DNA from: Auanema rhodensis
Lineage: Eukaryota; Animalia; Nematoda
Length of the DNA: 64,000 nucleotides
NCBI GenBank assembly: GCA_964057225.1
Contig: OZ059898.1
Span: 13,764,001-13,828,000 of the forward strand
Direction of reading: 5' to 3'
Part shown: positions 41,201 to 55,603 of the stretch, in pieces
Layout: every line of letters starts with the position of its first letter
How positions within the stretch are numbered: position 1 is the first letter of the stretch
Notes under the pieces: model-generated
Database searches by the model: none
What the model was told of the DNA's origin: nothing
Seen by the model: only the letters and a program-made list of their open reading frames with translations
Position numbers and translations under genes: made by a program

Positions 41201-41659
41201 AGAATTTTCTGAAAGTCAACTCACCTGCATCATCTCCAAAGGATCAATTCCTTCGAGGGCAGTATTGTTATGCATACGAGCACATAAATCCTCAAGTTTT
41301 GCATCTTTTTTTCCTCGAGAAATGGAAATACGCGCTGAAATTAATCAAACCGAATACGTGTAGTTAAGAAAATTATTGATAAAACGTTTTTGATTGCCAT
41401 GTTTTCATCAGAAGCAAGTGATGCTAAAGCGATTGTGAAGAAACTAGTCTTGTCTGATGATTATGGAGAATTCTCCCATATCTTCTTTTTTTTGAAACAG
41501 CTTTGTAAGGACCCAATTGAAGCATCGGGCAATTAGATTAGGGCAATAAGATTTATTTAAAGATGATTATTTATTGAGGTATATTAATTATATGAATATA
41601 ATTAACCTACCACAATAAGTAAGTCCTGCAAAGAGCAGGAATATTAGAGAGGTGCGCAT
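38220..41659 (-). CDS. Secreted protein: signal peptide, PAN/apple domain, furin-like RKKR site, polyQ/Pro linker, multiple thrombospondin type-1 repeats
   Basis: [17 protein letters not shown] signal; [31 protein letters not shown] (PAN); many WxxWxxCSxTCGxGxxxRxRxC repeats; ends PCPQEPPC*. Confidence 0.88.
39815..39927. repeat. Coding (CAA/CAG)n polyglutamine tract in the TSP1 gene
   Basis: TTG/CTG run on the + strand, read as Q on the minus-strand exon. Confidence 0.9.
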
Positions 41660-43870
41660 GTCGTCCTCGCAATAGCTTAGACTGATTGGGGGGCGGGGTG
41701 GTCGGACGCCTGAGGCCTGATCTCTACAAGCTTTTCTAGAATCAATGTTTCTTAATAATACTACAAAGATTGAATAAATCACTGAAGACTGAAAAATCTC
41801 GAAGATAGTTTAAGTTCAACTCAATATATCTTGAATCTCGAACATAAATAATAATAATTAATTGTAATTATGTTAAGACAAGACATCGAAATTTCTAAGA
41901 AACATTTTGAACTCCTCCTATATTGTCCAGGTTTTTAACCTCCTCATTTCATTAAGGTAATCAATGCTAGCCGTAAAAAAGTGCGGGAGGGATGGGGGAA
42001 CAGAGTTTTGTTTTGAAAAAAAATTTTCATATTTTCATAAATACATAAAACCACGTTGATATAGTACTTTTATTAATAAATAATTGTTTAAATTTTACAA
42101 ATATTTCGTTTAAATTTGAATTTTAATATTATTAAGATATTCTATTCTAAAATCTTTTTCATCTTTAAATATTTTAAATAAATATGTTAAATTATGTACA
42201 TATATAGATCCAATATTGTATTGGATGATTAAGAAGAAGCCAACGACTAATCTTATTTAGATATTTTTTATTGAAATGTGTATATCTCTTTTGATATAAC
42301 TGTTTGTTTCGCTTTAAATACTCTAAACATGATTCTGTAGCATTTTCATTGTATTCTTCCCAACATTTGGATAATAGATCATTGATGAAATGAAAAGCTA
42401 ACATCGATCCATCAAATTCTGAAAACTGAAAGTAAGAGCATCTAGCTCAACTGAGTCATCTTTTCATTTAATCTCTTTTTTTTTCTTTTATCATTTTTAC
42501 CAGAGCTATTTCAAGCCTAAGTATATACGCTTGTCTGGGATCTGTCAGTTTCTTCAACTCTAAAGCGAAATGGAAACTTTTGCATTCCACTTCGATCATA
42601 GTCTGTTTGCGACAGAACGAAGTAGCACATGACAGCATATAATATTTCTATGAACTAGCCTCTTGTCTTTCTTCTTTTAACAGGAGAATATATGAAAAAA
42701 GATAAGCGAGAAACCAGAATCAAATAGGTAAGTTTTCTTTTGAATTCGGATTAGTCAGTATACTTTTTCTATTTTTCTGCTGTATCTAAAAAAAGAAAAA
42801 CGAGCATAACTGAACTAAAACTACTTTAAAACAGAAACTGAATCCGTGATATATCCCAGAAATGAAGAAGTAAAGAAATTCAACGACTTATAGTTTCAAA
42901 CTACACATTCTCGTCCTTACAGGTATTTAAACGCTAAATAAACTCGATTGGAATATTCCATAAAAACCTTACAAGTCATTTAAACTATACAGGAAGGCTT
43001 GACCGGTTGCTTTTTTTCTTTAATCATATTTTTAAATTATAATTAACTGTGTTCCATTGCTTTCCACTTTTTTATACTATTTTTTTTTGTTTGAAATGTC
43101 TGCGACCAACATAGTATTAAATAGCGCAGTTTATTGTTTAACAATTGTTTAGCTGTGGTCACTTTCCTTCCGTAATTACGTAATTTCAAGAGTTCACTCG
43201 TTCATGTGATAGAAAGGATGATAGATGCCTATCGTTTATCATATGGTCAGTTTAAGAGGATCAAGTCTTAAATTAAAACTGCAGACCTCTGGTCATTAGT
43301 TTGAAATTGTTACAAAAATATTACAAATCTATGTAATATTGCAGATAGGTGACACTAGATCATGCGCGATCCGACAGAGCAAATTCTTAATACCATAAAA
43401 ATGAATATTATTTGTATTTAACTACTTGATTATACATTTATGAATGATGTAAGTACAAGTTATTAGTCTGAGAACTAGTTGGCACTAGATATCTAGTCAT
43501 CTTAAAACTGCCGTAGCAAGAACAAAGAGTGCAACAAAGTTAGTTTCAAATGAAACACCTGATGACAAATGACGTTCTCAACATCATAAGCATGACAGAT
43601 GCAGAAGATCTGATTGTCAATTCTAAGCTTTCTGATTTTAACTGGATGTAAGTCAAGCAAACGAAACTGAAGAAGATATGAGAAAATAATTGATATAATG
43701 GAAAAGGGAGTTAAAACTTAAAATTATTTTAAAAGTGCATCGGCAGTTGTAATATTATGTATATATGTATGAATTTTAAAATATGAAATATCATGTACGA
43801 AGTATGAAGAAACTAATATGAGATTCAGGATGATATTCTGGGGCTCTTCCAAGCTTTAAATCTGCGATAC

Positions 43871-45058
<1,188 letters not shown>

Positions 45059-45550
45059 TTCTAGAGTGAATCACAGAACGAATCACAGAGCATAAACTGG
45101 AATCGTATAAGAGAAACAGGAGAGGAAGTCTATCAGAAGAGTTTTGTTCACACAATGGCAAGCTTCTAACTGGGTGGAGTCTATATAAAGCTCGAGACCA
45201 AGTCACCACGGAAACGAGCTAATGCATAAAATAATTTTCATAGCGAGTTAATAGCATACTTACTACATCAGAGTTTCTATATGCATACTTACTGATAGAG
45301 AGAAAATTAATATATAAAAATTAATAAATATATTTCTCTCTTATAATTAGTGTAATTTTAAATGTTGGTTGTTTCAAGAAAACCAATTCCAAAAATAAAT
45401 TCGTAAATTTGTTAATTTGTTCAAATAAGTTCAATCTTTAAATAATTTTGAAGATTTCATAAGCATTAGTTCATACATTCATATATTGTTTTTTCCTGCA
45501 GTAAATAAGTGAGGACGTTGGATTGAAAAGTGCTCCAATACACAAATTCT

Positions 45551-45563
45551 TTGGCGCGAAAAA
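45551..45563 (-). promoter_or_regulatory. Canonical E2F (EFL-1/DPL-1) site upstream of rpa-2
   Basis: TTGGCGCGAAAAA (reverse complement contains TTTCGCGCCAA), ~115 bp upstream of the rpa-2 ATG. Confidence 0.65.
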
Positions 45564-45676
45564 ATGCGGTATGATTATATTTTTTTCTTTTACATACTGA
45601 TTACATTTCTTCATTTGCATGATTAATATTTATGTTTTTTTTTTATTAAAAGAGTTATGTTATAGCTTTACTAATC

Positions 45677-46972
45677 ATGTGGAATGAATCTTTTTCTGGA
45701 GATAATGGTGGTTGGGGAGGTGATGCATCGTTTGCAACACAAGGTATTGAATAAGTAATTCCATAAAGTGCTTGACATTATTTTCCCAGCTCCAAAGGAT
45801 TCTGGTATGAAACGTGTTGCTGACCGTCTCCCAGTACCAGTCTCGGTGTCAGACTTAGGCCAAGTTTCCCGTTCTGATGAAAAATTTGTACTTGGTGACT
45901 ATTCCTTCAGTACGGTATGTTCATATTTTTAGTTCAAGTTGAACTGCTGTTGTATAGGTCTTGGTAATGGGCTTAGTGAAAGGTGTAGACGAAAATGACC
46001 AGAATGTTATTTATGATATCGTAGATCCAGAAAATGAAGCCAGTGATTTTAAAGTGATTGTGTACAAGGGGGTAAGCTGAGAGCGTAAGACTCATAGATA
46101 ACTTTTTCTTCCAGTTGGGTAATAGCAAAAAAGATCTCAAGCAGTTTGTCGAAGGAACAAGAATTATGAGTCTTGGCAAGCTTAGAAGTTTTGCTGATTT
46201 CTTCGGTTGGTTCTCTTGATCGAATCAGATTTAATTAAGTATTCATCAGCTGTTATTGCTTACGATGTCATGGAAGTGTCGAATGATCAACAGTACCATG
46301 CTTATACTCTCGAAGCTAAAATTGCTAAGCTGTATTTCTCAAAAGTTTGAAGATTTTCATCGTATTATATTTTATCCCATATTTAGAATGTTCCAAACAA
46401 ACTGGTTTCTGGCCAGTTTCATGATTTAGACGGAACTTGTGTTGGTTTACCTGGTGTCCCTGCCAATGCTAAACAAGGTGGCTTTAAGTCTGACGTAAGT
46501 TTTAGTGAAGTTTCTTACGATTTTTATAAATTATCGAATTCCTTTGAAGTTTTTTTTTACGATTTTCATTAATCGTGGAATTTAGGATCAAAGTCATCAA
46601 ACTCGTGGAGATAGATTGTATCCAACTGATTCTGCAAATGATGCAAACAAGAAGGTTTCAATTGTTGTAATCAATGGATTACAGGGACAACGTGCCGATG
46701 TAAGTATATTTTCGTATAATCGGTTTCTATTATCTTTTCAGATTATCCGTTTGTTAGAAAACGATCAGTCTTCATATGGAGAGCATGGCTACACTGTTGA
46801 AGAAATCAGACAAGTATGTCTTTTGTTCTTTTAGGTTCTCACGGAGTTGAATTATTTTCAGAGGCTTAAATCTTCGAATGTCGATTCTATAAGATCAGAC
46901 TTGGAATATTTGGCTACAGAAGGCCACGTTTATACCACAATCAGTGACGATCACTATGCTTTGATCACATAA
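45677..46972 (+). CDS. rpa-2: Replication protein A 32-kDa subunit (OB fold + C-terminal winged helix)
   Basis: Gly-rich N-terminus, OB-fold exons (PVPVSVSDL..VLVMGLVKGV..YDIVD..IMSLGKLRSF) and C-terminus DLEYLATEGHVYTTISDDHYALIT*. Confidence 0.88.
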
Positions 46973-47344
46973 CCGAACTAACTTGTCTGGAATCTTGTGC
47001 AAATTTCTGTTGTATATTTTTACCTCAATGAACAATGAATGCAACTAATTGATCTTAAAAGTTTATTTTGTGCTATTAAGCAAAGAAATGCTATGTACGT
47101 AACACAGTTATAATTTCGATATTTGCTTGGGAATTACCCTTGTTCTCGCCCGATATTATATGAATACTGAATACGGGGCTTGTACTAGGAATAACTGCAA
47201 GAAAAATCGAAAAGATACTCGTAAATTAGTCCCCGACACTGACATCATAGAGAACTTAATAATCGGAGAAATAAAATTTTTTTTTGAATGATGGGGTGAA
47301 CTGCTTTTTTTTCTGTCCATTTTTGAGTTTTTAGTTGCGTTTTT

Positions 47345-48471
47345 ATGAAGATGTTGGTGGCCTGCTTATTATTGGCACTATCTGGTCCGACAACCGCTAT
47401 TGTCCTGCTTGTGCCTAGCTTTTTAGTTAACAGTAAATATTTAATTTCAAATATATGTCAGGAATGTAATCTACAGATAATAAGAACGATGTGAATGCTG
47501 GAGGTGGAGGTTTCAATGATGCCCTCAATACAGCTGGAAGAAGTAAGCTTTTCTTAAAATATTTCAAATCCTCACTTTTAATTTTAATTTTTTCATCCTA
47601 TATTCTTAAATTTCGTAAAATTATGCAAGTTGCAAAAAGCTTTAATTTTTGTATTCTTTAGCTTTACTTCTATAGTCCCCATTCGTTTTCATCTTGGTTG
47701 CAAAATAAAGCCACAAAATTTAATCTAGTCTGTTCGATACAAGATTGTCTGGGAAGCCAATGTGTACTTCTTGAAATCGCATGACACATCAAATTAATTC
47801 CAACATTTATCCGTAATGCGATGATATCATCATTCGTTTCACTTTTTAGTTGGAGATTTGATGGACATAACAAGTGACCTCATGGACGGAAGTATATTCT
47901 CAGATCATCCTAATTCTCAAACCGCTCATGCTCAAGCTGATTATTACGGAAATCAAGCTTCTTATGGAAACCAAGCTCCTTATGGAAACCAACAATATTA
48001 CGGAAGTCAATATGCTTACGGTCAGCAGTCAGCTTATGCAACTCAGCCTACTTACTATCAAGCTCCTGCTCCTAATTACTATCAAGCTCCTGCTCCAAAT
48101 TACTATCAAGCTCCTGCTGCAAATTACTATGCCCCACAACAATATCCGCCAACTCAAACCGGCTACAATCCTCAAACATCGTATGTAACAATGCCAAAAC
48201 CAAGTTCCGACACAGGAATTGTTGGTTCAAAGGTGCCTCACATTCCTGCTAATCCTTCTGAAAAAGTGCCTTTACCTGCTAATCCTTCGGGAAAATTGCC
48301 TTTACCTGCTAGAGATTCCACTGCATCAGGTGGACCTCCAGATTCAGCAAACAGAGGATGCGGTAATTTAAAAAAAAATTATCATAAATACATGCTTATA
48401 ATTTCCAGTAGCAACATTCGTGGACATTCATGAAGGAAAACGACGATACTTGTGTAATTGTGCTGGACTAG
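47345..48471 (+). CDS. Secreted Tyr/Gln/Pro-rich low-complexity protein with a short Cys-containing C-terminus
   Basis: Hydrophobic N-terminus, YGNQ repeats, (YYQAPAPN)x3, (PLPANPSxK) repeats, last exon ...RRYLCNCAGL*. Confidence 0.65.
48053..48130 (+). repeat. Coding 24-bp tandem repeat x3 (YYQAPAPN)
   Basis: TACTATCAAGCTCCTGCT(C/G)C(T/A)AAT repeated. Confidence 0.85.
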
Positions 48472-48948
48472 GAATGTCATATCAGTATCATTATTGCGGT
48501 GTCATGAAAGGATAAAGAAAACTTTAATTGATATACAATCATATTATTAAAATTATAAAATTATTTATCAATGAATATAAGATGTTACTTGATTAGAGTT
48601 TTTAATTTACAATAAAATAATAAATAAAATGTTGCATTATGTACAACTTAAAATTTCAAATGAGAATTAGGAATGTGCTTCACAACAATAAAAACAATTT
48701 TAAAAGAATATTGTGTCCAATAAATACTAAGAAACATAGAGACACAGTGGATCTGTCCTTCAAAGAATATCGGCATGGCATCGGAAAGACTTCACAAAAT
48801 AGAAAGGGTCTTAAAAATAAGAAAACTTAAACTGAAGTGGAGAAAAGAATGAATCTCTGGGATCAATATTTGATATAGATCATTATATGATATGAATACT
48901 TATAACTTTAAAAAAACGTAAATCTTCTTGAGCTCATAGTACCCACAC

Positions 48949-50542
48949 TCATTCTTCATCTGTGGCAATTCGTAATCGCTTAGAACACGGTTCATCATCA
49001 CTACTTTCTTCTTGATTGAAAGTTTCAGTTTTAGTTTGCTCTTTTGCATTATTAGTTATACTAGAACCGCTTGTTGAAGTAGATGTGTTGATATCGTTAG
49101 TTTTTTCGTTTTTTGACGGCGACACAGATGGAGTAATTATAGATTCAACTGAAAACAAAATTAGGAATTTTTGGTTATACAAAGTTAAAACCTGTCAGGT
49201 TTTTGTCTGATTCTTTAAAATCCCTTGTATTATCTAACTGTTGTTGTCTAGCTTTCTGGAAAATAGGATCAGGAGGTCTAGATGAATAGTCAACCTGAAG
49301 AGATCAAAAAGAGAATGAATATTTTAAAATTAATTACCGGTTGACCATGAGAATCTACATTAACCGGGACGCCATTAGTGTTTAGTTGTGATTTAATGTC
49401 GCGCATGCAGTTATTTAGAAAAGACATCATAAGAATTGGTGCAAGCTAAATTTAGGAAATTAGAAATCTGATATAGGTTATTGAACTTACCGCAGGTTTG
49501 TTATCATCATCATTGTGCTTCTCCACTCCTTGAAGTGTGGCTGTGGGGGTTGTTACCGATATAGCAGGCGCAGACCTTGTACCATCTTCTGAAATAAAGC
49601 ATGTCTTAGAAATCACCATTTACGAAGTCCAATTACCATTAATTTTCAGTTCGCTGGTTCTAGCTATTCCAATGGGATTCGAAGGACTGTAAAACAAAAA
49701 TGTTTTAAATTTTTCATTTTAAATCTTACGCTCGGGAATTGAAAGCTTCGGTAAAATGTTTTTCAGAAACTTGGAAAAGATGGGATGGACTAGTAGTATC
49801 TTCATTGAAGCCAATTGAAGTAGGTAAAGAAAGCTAGAATCAATGTAGAACTTTCAAAAGAAATATTGTATAAAAACGAACCATTCCGGATCTACTTGTG
49901 CTAGGTATTGGAGTTTCTTTTATTTGAGAACCTGGTCGGTTAACACCTACAACAACATCCTTCCCACGTAAAGGAAGTTCCAAAGAGGTAGAGGTTGGAG
50001 GTGAAGTTTGAGCCTAAAGCAACAAAGTTGGTGAAAATTATAAGAAAATATTTTTCTTCTGATCTTCCCTCCCCCCACATTAACCAAAAACAATAGTATG
50101 CTACGTTTCCATATAAGCAAAAAAAAAGAAAACGCTAAAAGCAAAATTGAGTTTTGTAGCACTTATTGTATCACGTAATGCATACAATAGGTTGAACCTG
50201 TTGATGTCGTGTCGTTTCGATGCTGCGAGGTGGAGAAGGGTCAATAGGTATAGGAGGACGGGGCGAAATTGCAGCCTCTCCGGAGCCTCCCCCAACAGCC
50301 ATAGGTTTTACTACCTATAGATAAACTAGGTAGAAATCTACTTAACCAACATAACAAAAAATAATTAGCGTATGTACGGTCACAACCACTACAACCACTA
50401 ACTGATATAGCTAGAACTCACGTCAATAGCACGAAGCATGTTTGCCCCGGGAATACCCACAGGGAATTGCATTGAGTTACTGTGCTGATGATGCTGATGA
50501 AGTTGCTGTTGGGTTTGCTGATGCTGGTGATGCTGTTGATGC

Positions 50543-50603
<61 letters not shown>

Positions 50604-52054
50604 GCTGTTGTTGCTGCTGTTGTTGCTGCTGCTGCTGTAGTAACTGTTGAATTCTGACTTCGTGTAATGAAGTTGATGGTTTTGGAGCTGTAAAATCAAA
50701 TATAAAATCACATAGTAAAACTTAGTTTCTCACACGTTCGTGAAACAGCAATAAGAGCTTGGTGTAATAACATTTGATCTGGTGGATTTCCAGTGATTGA
50801 GCTTTTAGCAGAGGGTGGTTGGTTACTGAGAGAGCCTTGATTGCCAGCATGGTTCTGTCTTGCAAGCTAAAATATTAAAGTCAGAAAATACTGTACATGA
50901 GAGACCAAACCAAATTACCAGCTTGAGCCAGAACATTTAAATCATTAGCTTGACTACTGCTGAGAGGAATCTATAGTCAAACAAAATTTTAGGTCCATAG
51001 CCATAATATCAATCTATACCTGACCAGAATTTCGAGCTGCAGCAAGTAGTTGGGCTTGAATGAGGTGTTGCTGCTGTTGATGCTGCTGTTGAGCATTGTG
51101 GGATTGAAGCTGTCTAAAACAGAAAATGATAATAAAGTTCGGAATATTAAGCTCGCACCTATAAATATTAGGTAACACGCCAAGGGCTTGAAGATGATCT
51201 AAGCTTGGAAGATTGGAAGCACCCGATAGCTAAAGATAAAATAAGGTTTAGCATTGAGATCAATAAAAATTACAATATTTAATCCAGTAAGTTGATTAGC
51301 AACGGCGTTTCCTTTTAATACTTGCTGAGCTTGAACAGCATTCTGAGCATTAGCCAGAGTGCTCATAACCTGCTGCCCTTGATCTTTCAAAACTTGTGTA
51401 GCAACTATATTTTTAGCAATTTGCACGCCCAGATTAAAGAAAAATCTGTAACTTCAAATATAAAATGAACTCGCAAAATGTGATACCTTAAAGAAACAAT
51501 ATCATTCAAAGGGAGATCTATACCAGATGGATCAGCACTGGGAGCTACATCCATATTAACATTCTAAATTAACTTGATAACAACAAATTTGAGATAGATG
51601 AAACTAACTCTGTATTGTATATGATCAAAATAAGGAACTTGAACAAGAGGAGGATAACTTGATATAGGCCACCCAAGAGATTGGGTTTGTTGAGGTATAG
51701 CTTGAGGTTGAAGAATCTGAGCAGGAATTTGTTGTTGAGCTTGCTCTGGAGGGTTCTGCTGATGTTGAGTAATAGATGGAACGTTTGGTAAAGATAAAAC
51801 AGAGGTCTAAATAAGAACTAAAAGTAGAGCAAATTTTGAAAAACTCTTACATGAGCAGAGGGCTGGGGCGCTGTTTGTAAGCCTTGAGCACCAGGAGTCG
51901 AATTCAAATGGAAAAAATTATTACCCAGGAGAGCAGCAACTAATTGCGCCTTCAGAGAATATACAGTTCAATATATTAATAAACTAATAAAAACCTGTTG
52001 TTGTTGCTGTGCTTGGCTAAGCAATGAGCTAGGCCCAGCCTGGGAAGGATTCAT
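48949..52054 (-). CDS. PolyQ/prion-like multi-exon protein carrying an OTUD4/ALG13-type 'DLP...LRFFFNLG' motif; C-terminal NLS-like PCSKRLR
   Basis: MNPSQAGPSSLLSQAQQQQQ...; spliced exons around 51430-51560 give SADPSGIDLPLNDIVSLRFFFNLGVQIAK; long Q tract at 50500-50640. Confidence 0.75.
50497..50637. repeat. Coding (CAA/CAG/CAT)n polyQ/H tract
   Basis: TTG/CTG/ATG run on the + strand. Confidence 0.9.
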
Positions 52055-55000
52055 ACCGTGCTGACCAGCAAGGAATAAATAATGTTACCTGAAGTTTATT
52101 TAAATTTAAATTTTAGTTTTAAGTAGATGAGAGAACAATGTTGAAAAAATAATAAATATAAAACATTTATGAACGAAATGAAAGAAAAAATTAAATATAA
52201 CACAACGGGATAAAGGCGATTATTTTAAGCTGCCTTTTAATGCAATGGATATATTCGAAATGAGAATACTAGAATGCCTTATATAATTTTTTGATGTAAT
52301 ATGAGGAAACATATCTCACTAACAATATAGAAAAAGCTATGATGGAAATAATATGAACAAAGATTAGAATGTGTAAGCTTACCTTCTATGATAAGATTTG
52401 GTAAGTATCTCAAAAGAACATGCTGAACAAATACAGGAAAAAAAGAAAGTAAATGAATAAGATTTTTTGTGAACATAATAAATATTAAAGGATTAAATTA
52501 TATATAGAAAAACCCCCATTTCAGATCTTTGTTTTTGCAATTCGTACAAAACGTCATGAAAACGAGCAGACGAAATTAAAATAGCATAGAATCTGTTTTC
52601 GACTAACAGAATTATGCCTTCCATAACCAGGTATGAAAGTAATGATGTACAAAATATGAAAATATACTGAAAAGTATTAATTAATATTCAATTTAATTTT
52701 AAACTACTTTTGTCGAATATAATTTTATACCACATAACAAAAGTTACAATATACATTTAAAAGAGAATTGATATCATTGGAATGAGAGAGAATCGAAAAT
52801 CTTGAAAATGACCAAGTTCATTTCTTAAAACAAAGATCACTGCGTGTATATAACATGCAAAATATATAAAAATTAGACATGTCGAGATGAGACACCTGAG
52901 AACTAGACACAGCAAAAATACACTAACGCCCAGATACACAAACATGAAGTTTTTTGAACAAAAAAAACATGATAATGGCATTCATATTTCTTCACTTTTT
53001 CTATTTAAAAGGAGAATAAGATTATATTTTTGAAAAGGTGTAAACAATTATAATTGTAGCACTAAACTCATTTCAAAAATCAATGTCAAATTAGACTGCG
53101 CTCAAGTTATTCATTAATATCAAAAAACTATATGAGTAAAAATGGAAAAAAAATGTTATCTGCTAATTGTAAAGAATATTTTAATAGAAATGCTCCAAAT
53201 TAGTGTAATAATTAATTATATTCTGCCTTAATGTGGTATACATATTTATAATATAGTATAGTGAGCAATTATCGATAAATGAAAAACTTCCTTCGTATGT
53301 TTTAAAATTTCATTATTTATGGTGAGATAAAGAGAACGCCAGAGGGAGAGGAGATAAAAGAGAGTTAGAATGACAGGGAATAGAGAGAATGCGTCAAAGT
53401 GGAGAGAAGAGTGAGCCGTGAATTAAAAGAAAGGTCAGTAAACGTAGTTCAGGTGGATTCAGTAAATGACGTAAAGCAAAAGAAAAGTATGACCATTTTA
53501 CACATATTCCAAAAATACCTGAGCTTCATAAAAAACAAAGATTCCATTATTCTTATTAACAACACTTTGAAGAAAACGTAATTGTATAATGTGCCAATGC
53601 ATCGTCACACTCGATCAATGACCTTTTTCATCATTCATCATTCTATAGAGTACGTGAAATCAATAGCTATGAAAAAACATTATAATAGACAATGTATCCT
53701 TGAGATAAAGGTTATGATAGAAATGAGTAGAAAGAGAAAGGTCTGTTTACAGTGCATTATTTCAAGTCAAAAGATTAATTATTATACTTTTTTTTGTGAT
53801 GTAAAACACATTTTATATTCGTATGTCATAAGTTTTCTTATAACATATATATATATATATATATATAAAAGTAGCAACTTAAAACATAACAAAATAAAAT
53901 AGAAAACAAGTCGTGTTCATATTCCTTAGTGTGTGTGTATATAAGTAAAGTTCGTTTGGTTAGAAAAGTCATTGAAACGACAAAAGGTTATTGGCGATTA
54001 GAGAATGCATTAGTTGAAGAGAACCCAGAGAAATGAAATGTTGATAGGAAAAAGTCGAGTGATAGGAATAGACACAAAGATCATTCTTACGGCATCAAAG
54101 AATGAACATTCTCTTTCATAGGGTGCCATGTAAATAAAATCGATAAGAACATGATGCGAAAAATAACAACAAGAGAGCAATAAGAAGTTATTAACTTTTT
54201 TTCAGTTTTACACTGTCAAAGTTCATAATCTATTATTTGAAATACACAGAGTACATAGCGAATATGAGGTACAGGTAGAATATTTTAGAAAATATCATTT
54301 GTGATTAAAAGAAAAGTTTAAAATGTTTGAAAGCAAAAAGAAGCATATGTTTTTTCTGGAATATTGATTAGCGATATTAATTGTCAATTTTAATAAAAAA
54401 TAGTGAAAAAAAAGAAAAGTGTATTTAAAAAGTTATATTACTATCCCGTCAAATATAGCCATTCGAGAGTTTCTGAAACATTAAAGAACATGAGCAAGAA
54501 AATAAATCATAACTTTAGGCGTGCAAAAAGTTGGAAACCAGCAAGGCCAACAAAAGTTATCAGTGATAGCAAAAGTAAAATATATTGCTTTACGGTGCTT
54601 GCTTCCCCTTGATAAGAATCGTTAAAGATAAAGCTATAAAAGAGCAGTGACAGAGCTTCATGCCAAAAATGGCAAATCGAAACTGCCAAGATGGGCGTGG
54701 CGAATGTTTGACGCTATGTTTCCTTGTGAACACAGAGATCACATACCATCAGACGGGATTAGCAAGGTAGTGTGGATTGGACACGAGATTTAACTCATAA
54801 GAGCTTAATTTATAAGTAAATCGATTGCTAAATCGGAAAATAAATTGATTTTTTTTGATTAATTGGTCTCAACAAAAGTTGTGTGAAGCATAAAATAAAA
54901 ATTAGAACAGGTGGGAATGAATGTTCTCACAATGTTAGTACGAAAAATGATCTTAATTCCATACACACAATGTGAGCATACCAATATTAGTAGTAGTTTT

Positions 55001-55603
55001 GAACAAAAAGTAACACACTTTAGATGATTGTTGGCAGAACTATATCTACATATAAGGTATAACCTGAGTGGTCTCGTTCTGTTTGTGAACAAATCTAGCA
55101 GTTGGGCAAGCTGCCAGAACGGCGTACTAAAATAAATATGTACCAACGATAAACAAGTGGGTTATAAGTTTTTCTTTGATCACAGCAACTAAATATAAGT
55201 TTCAATAAACCAGTAGATATGGATAAATCCAGAAAATATAATTAGACATATTTGAAAAACATGAACTAACAAATAATCATTTAAGATTGATAAAAAATCA
55301 ATAAATAATACTCGGATTAAACAAATTATATTCTTTGTTTGATTTTTAAAAACAAAAAGAAAACAAATGATCATTACATATTCATGCTTAACTAAAAGAT
55401 CAATGAATTTCAACAGGAGACAATACCGACAGCTTTCCTAAAAGCAGATACACAATCAACAATTCTAACAAACGTTTACTGTTCAAAAATATTTGTTATG
55501 AATTAGAAAAACAAATTAAAACTTTGAGTAGTAAGCTCATTCCCTGGATGGACATGAAATTTAAAACTGATATACCCTATTAATAATGGAATGAGTTCAT
55601 TCG

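Noticed and set aside
41650-41725. GC-rich segment resembling the RNase P RNA 3' end (CCCAATCAGTCT)
   Set aside because: It is the 5' UTR and signal-peptide exon of the PAN/TSP1 gene, and no P4 5' partner lies on the same strand.
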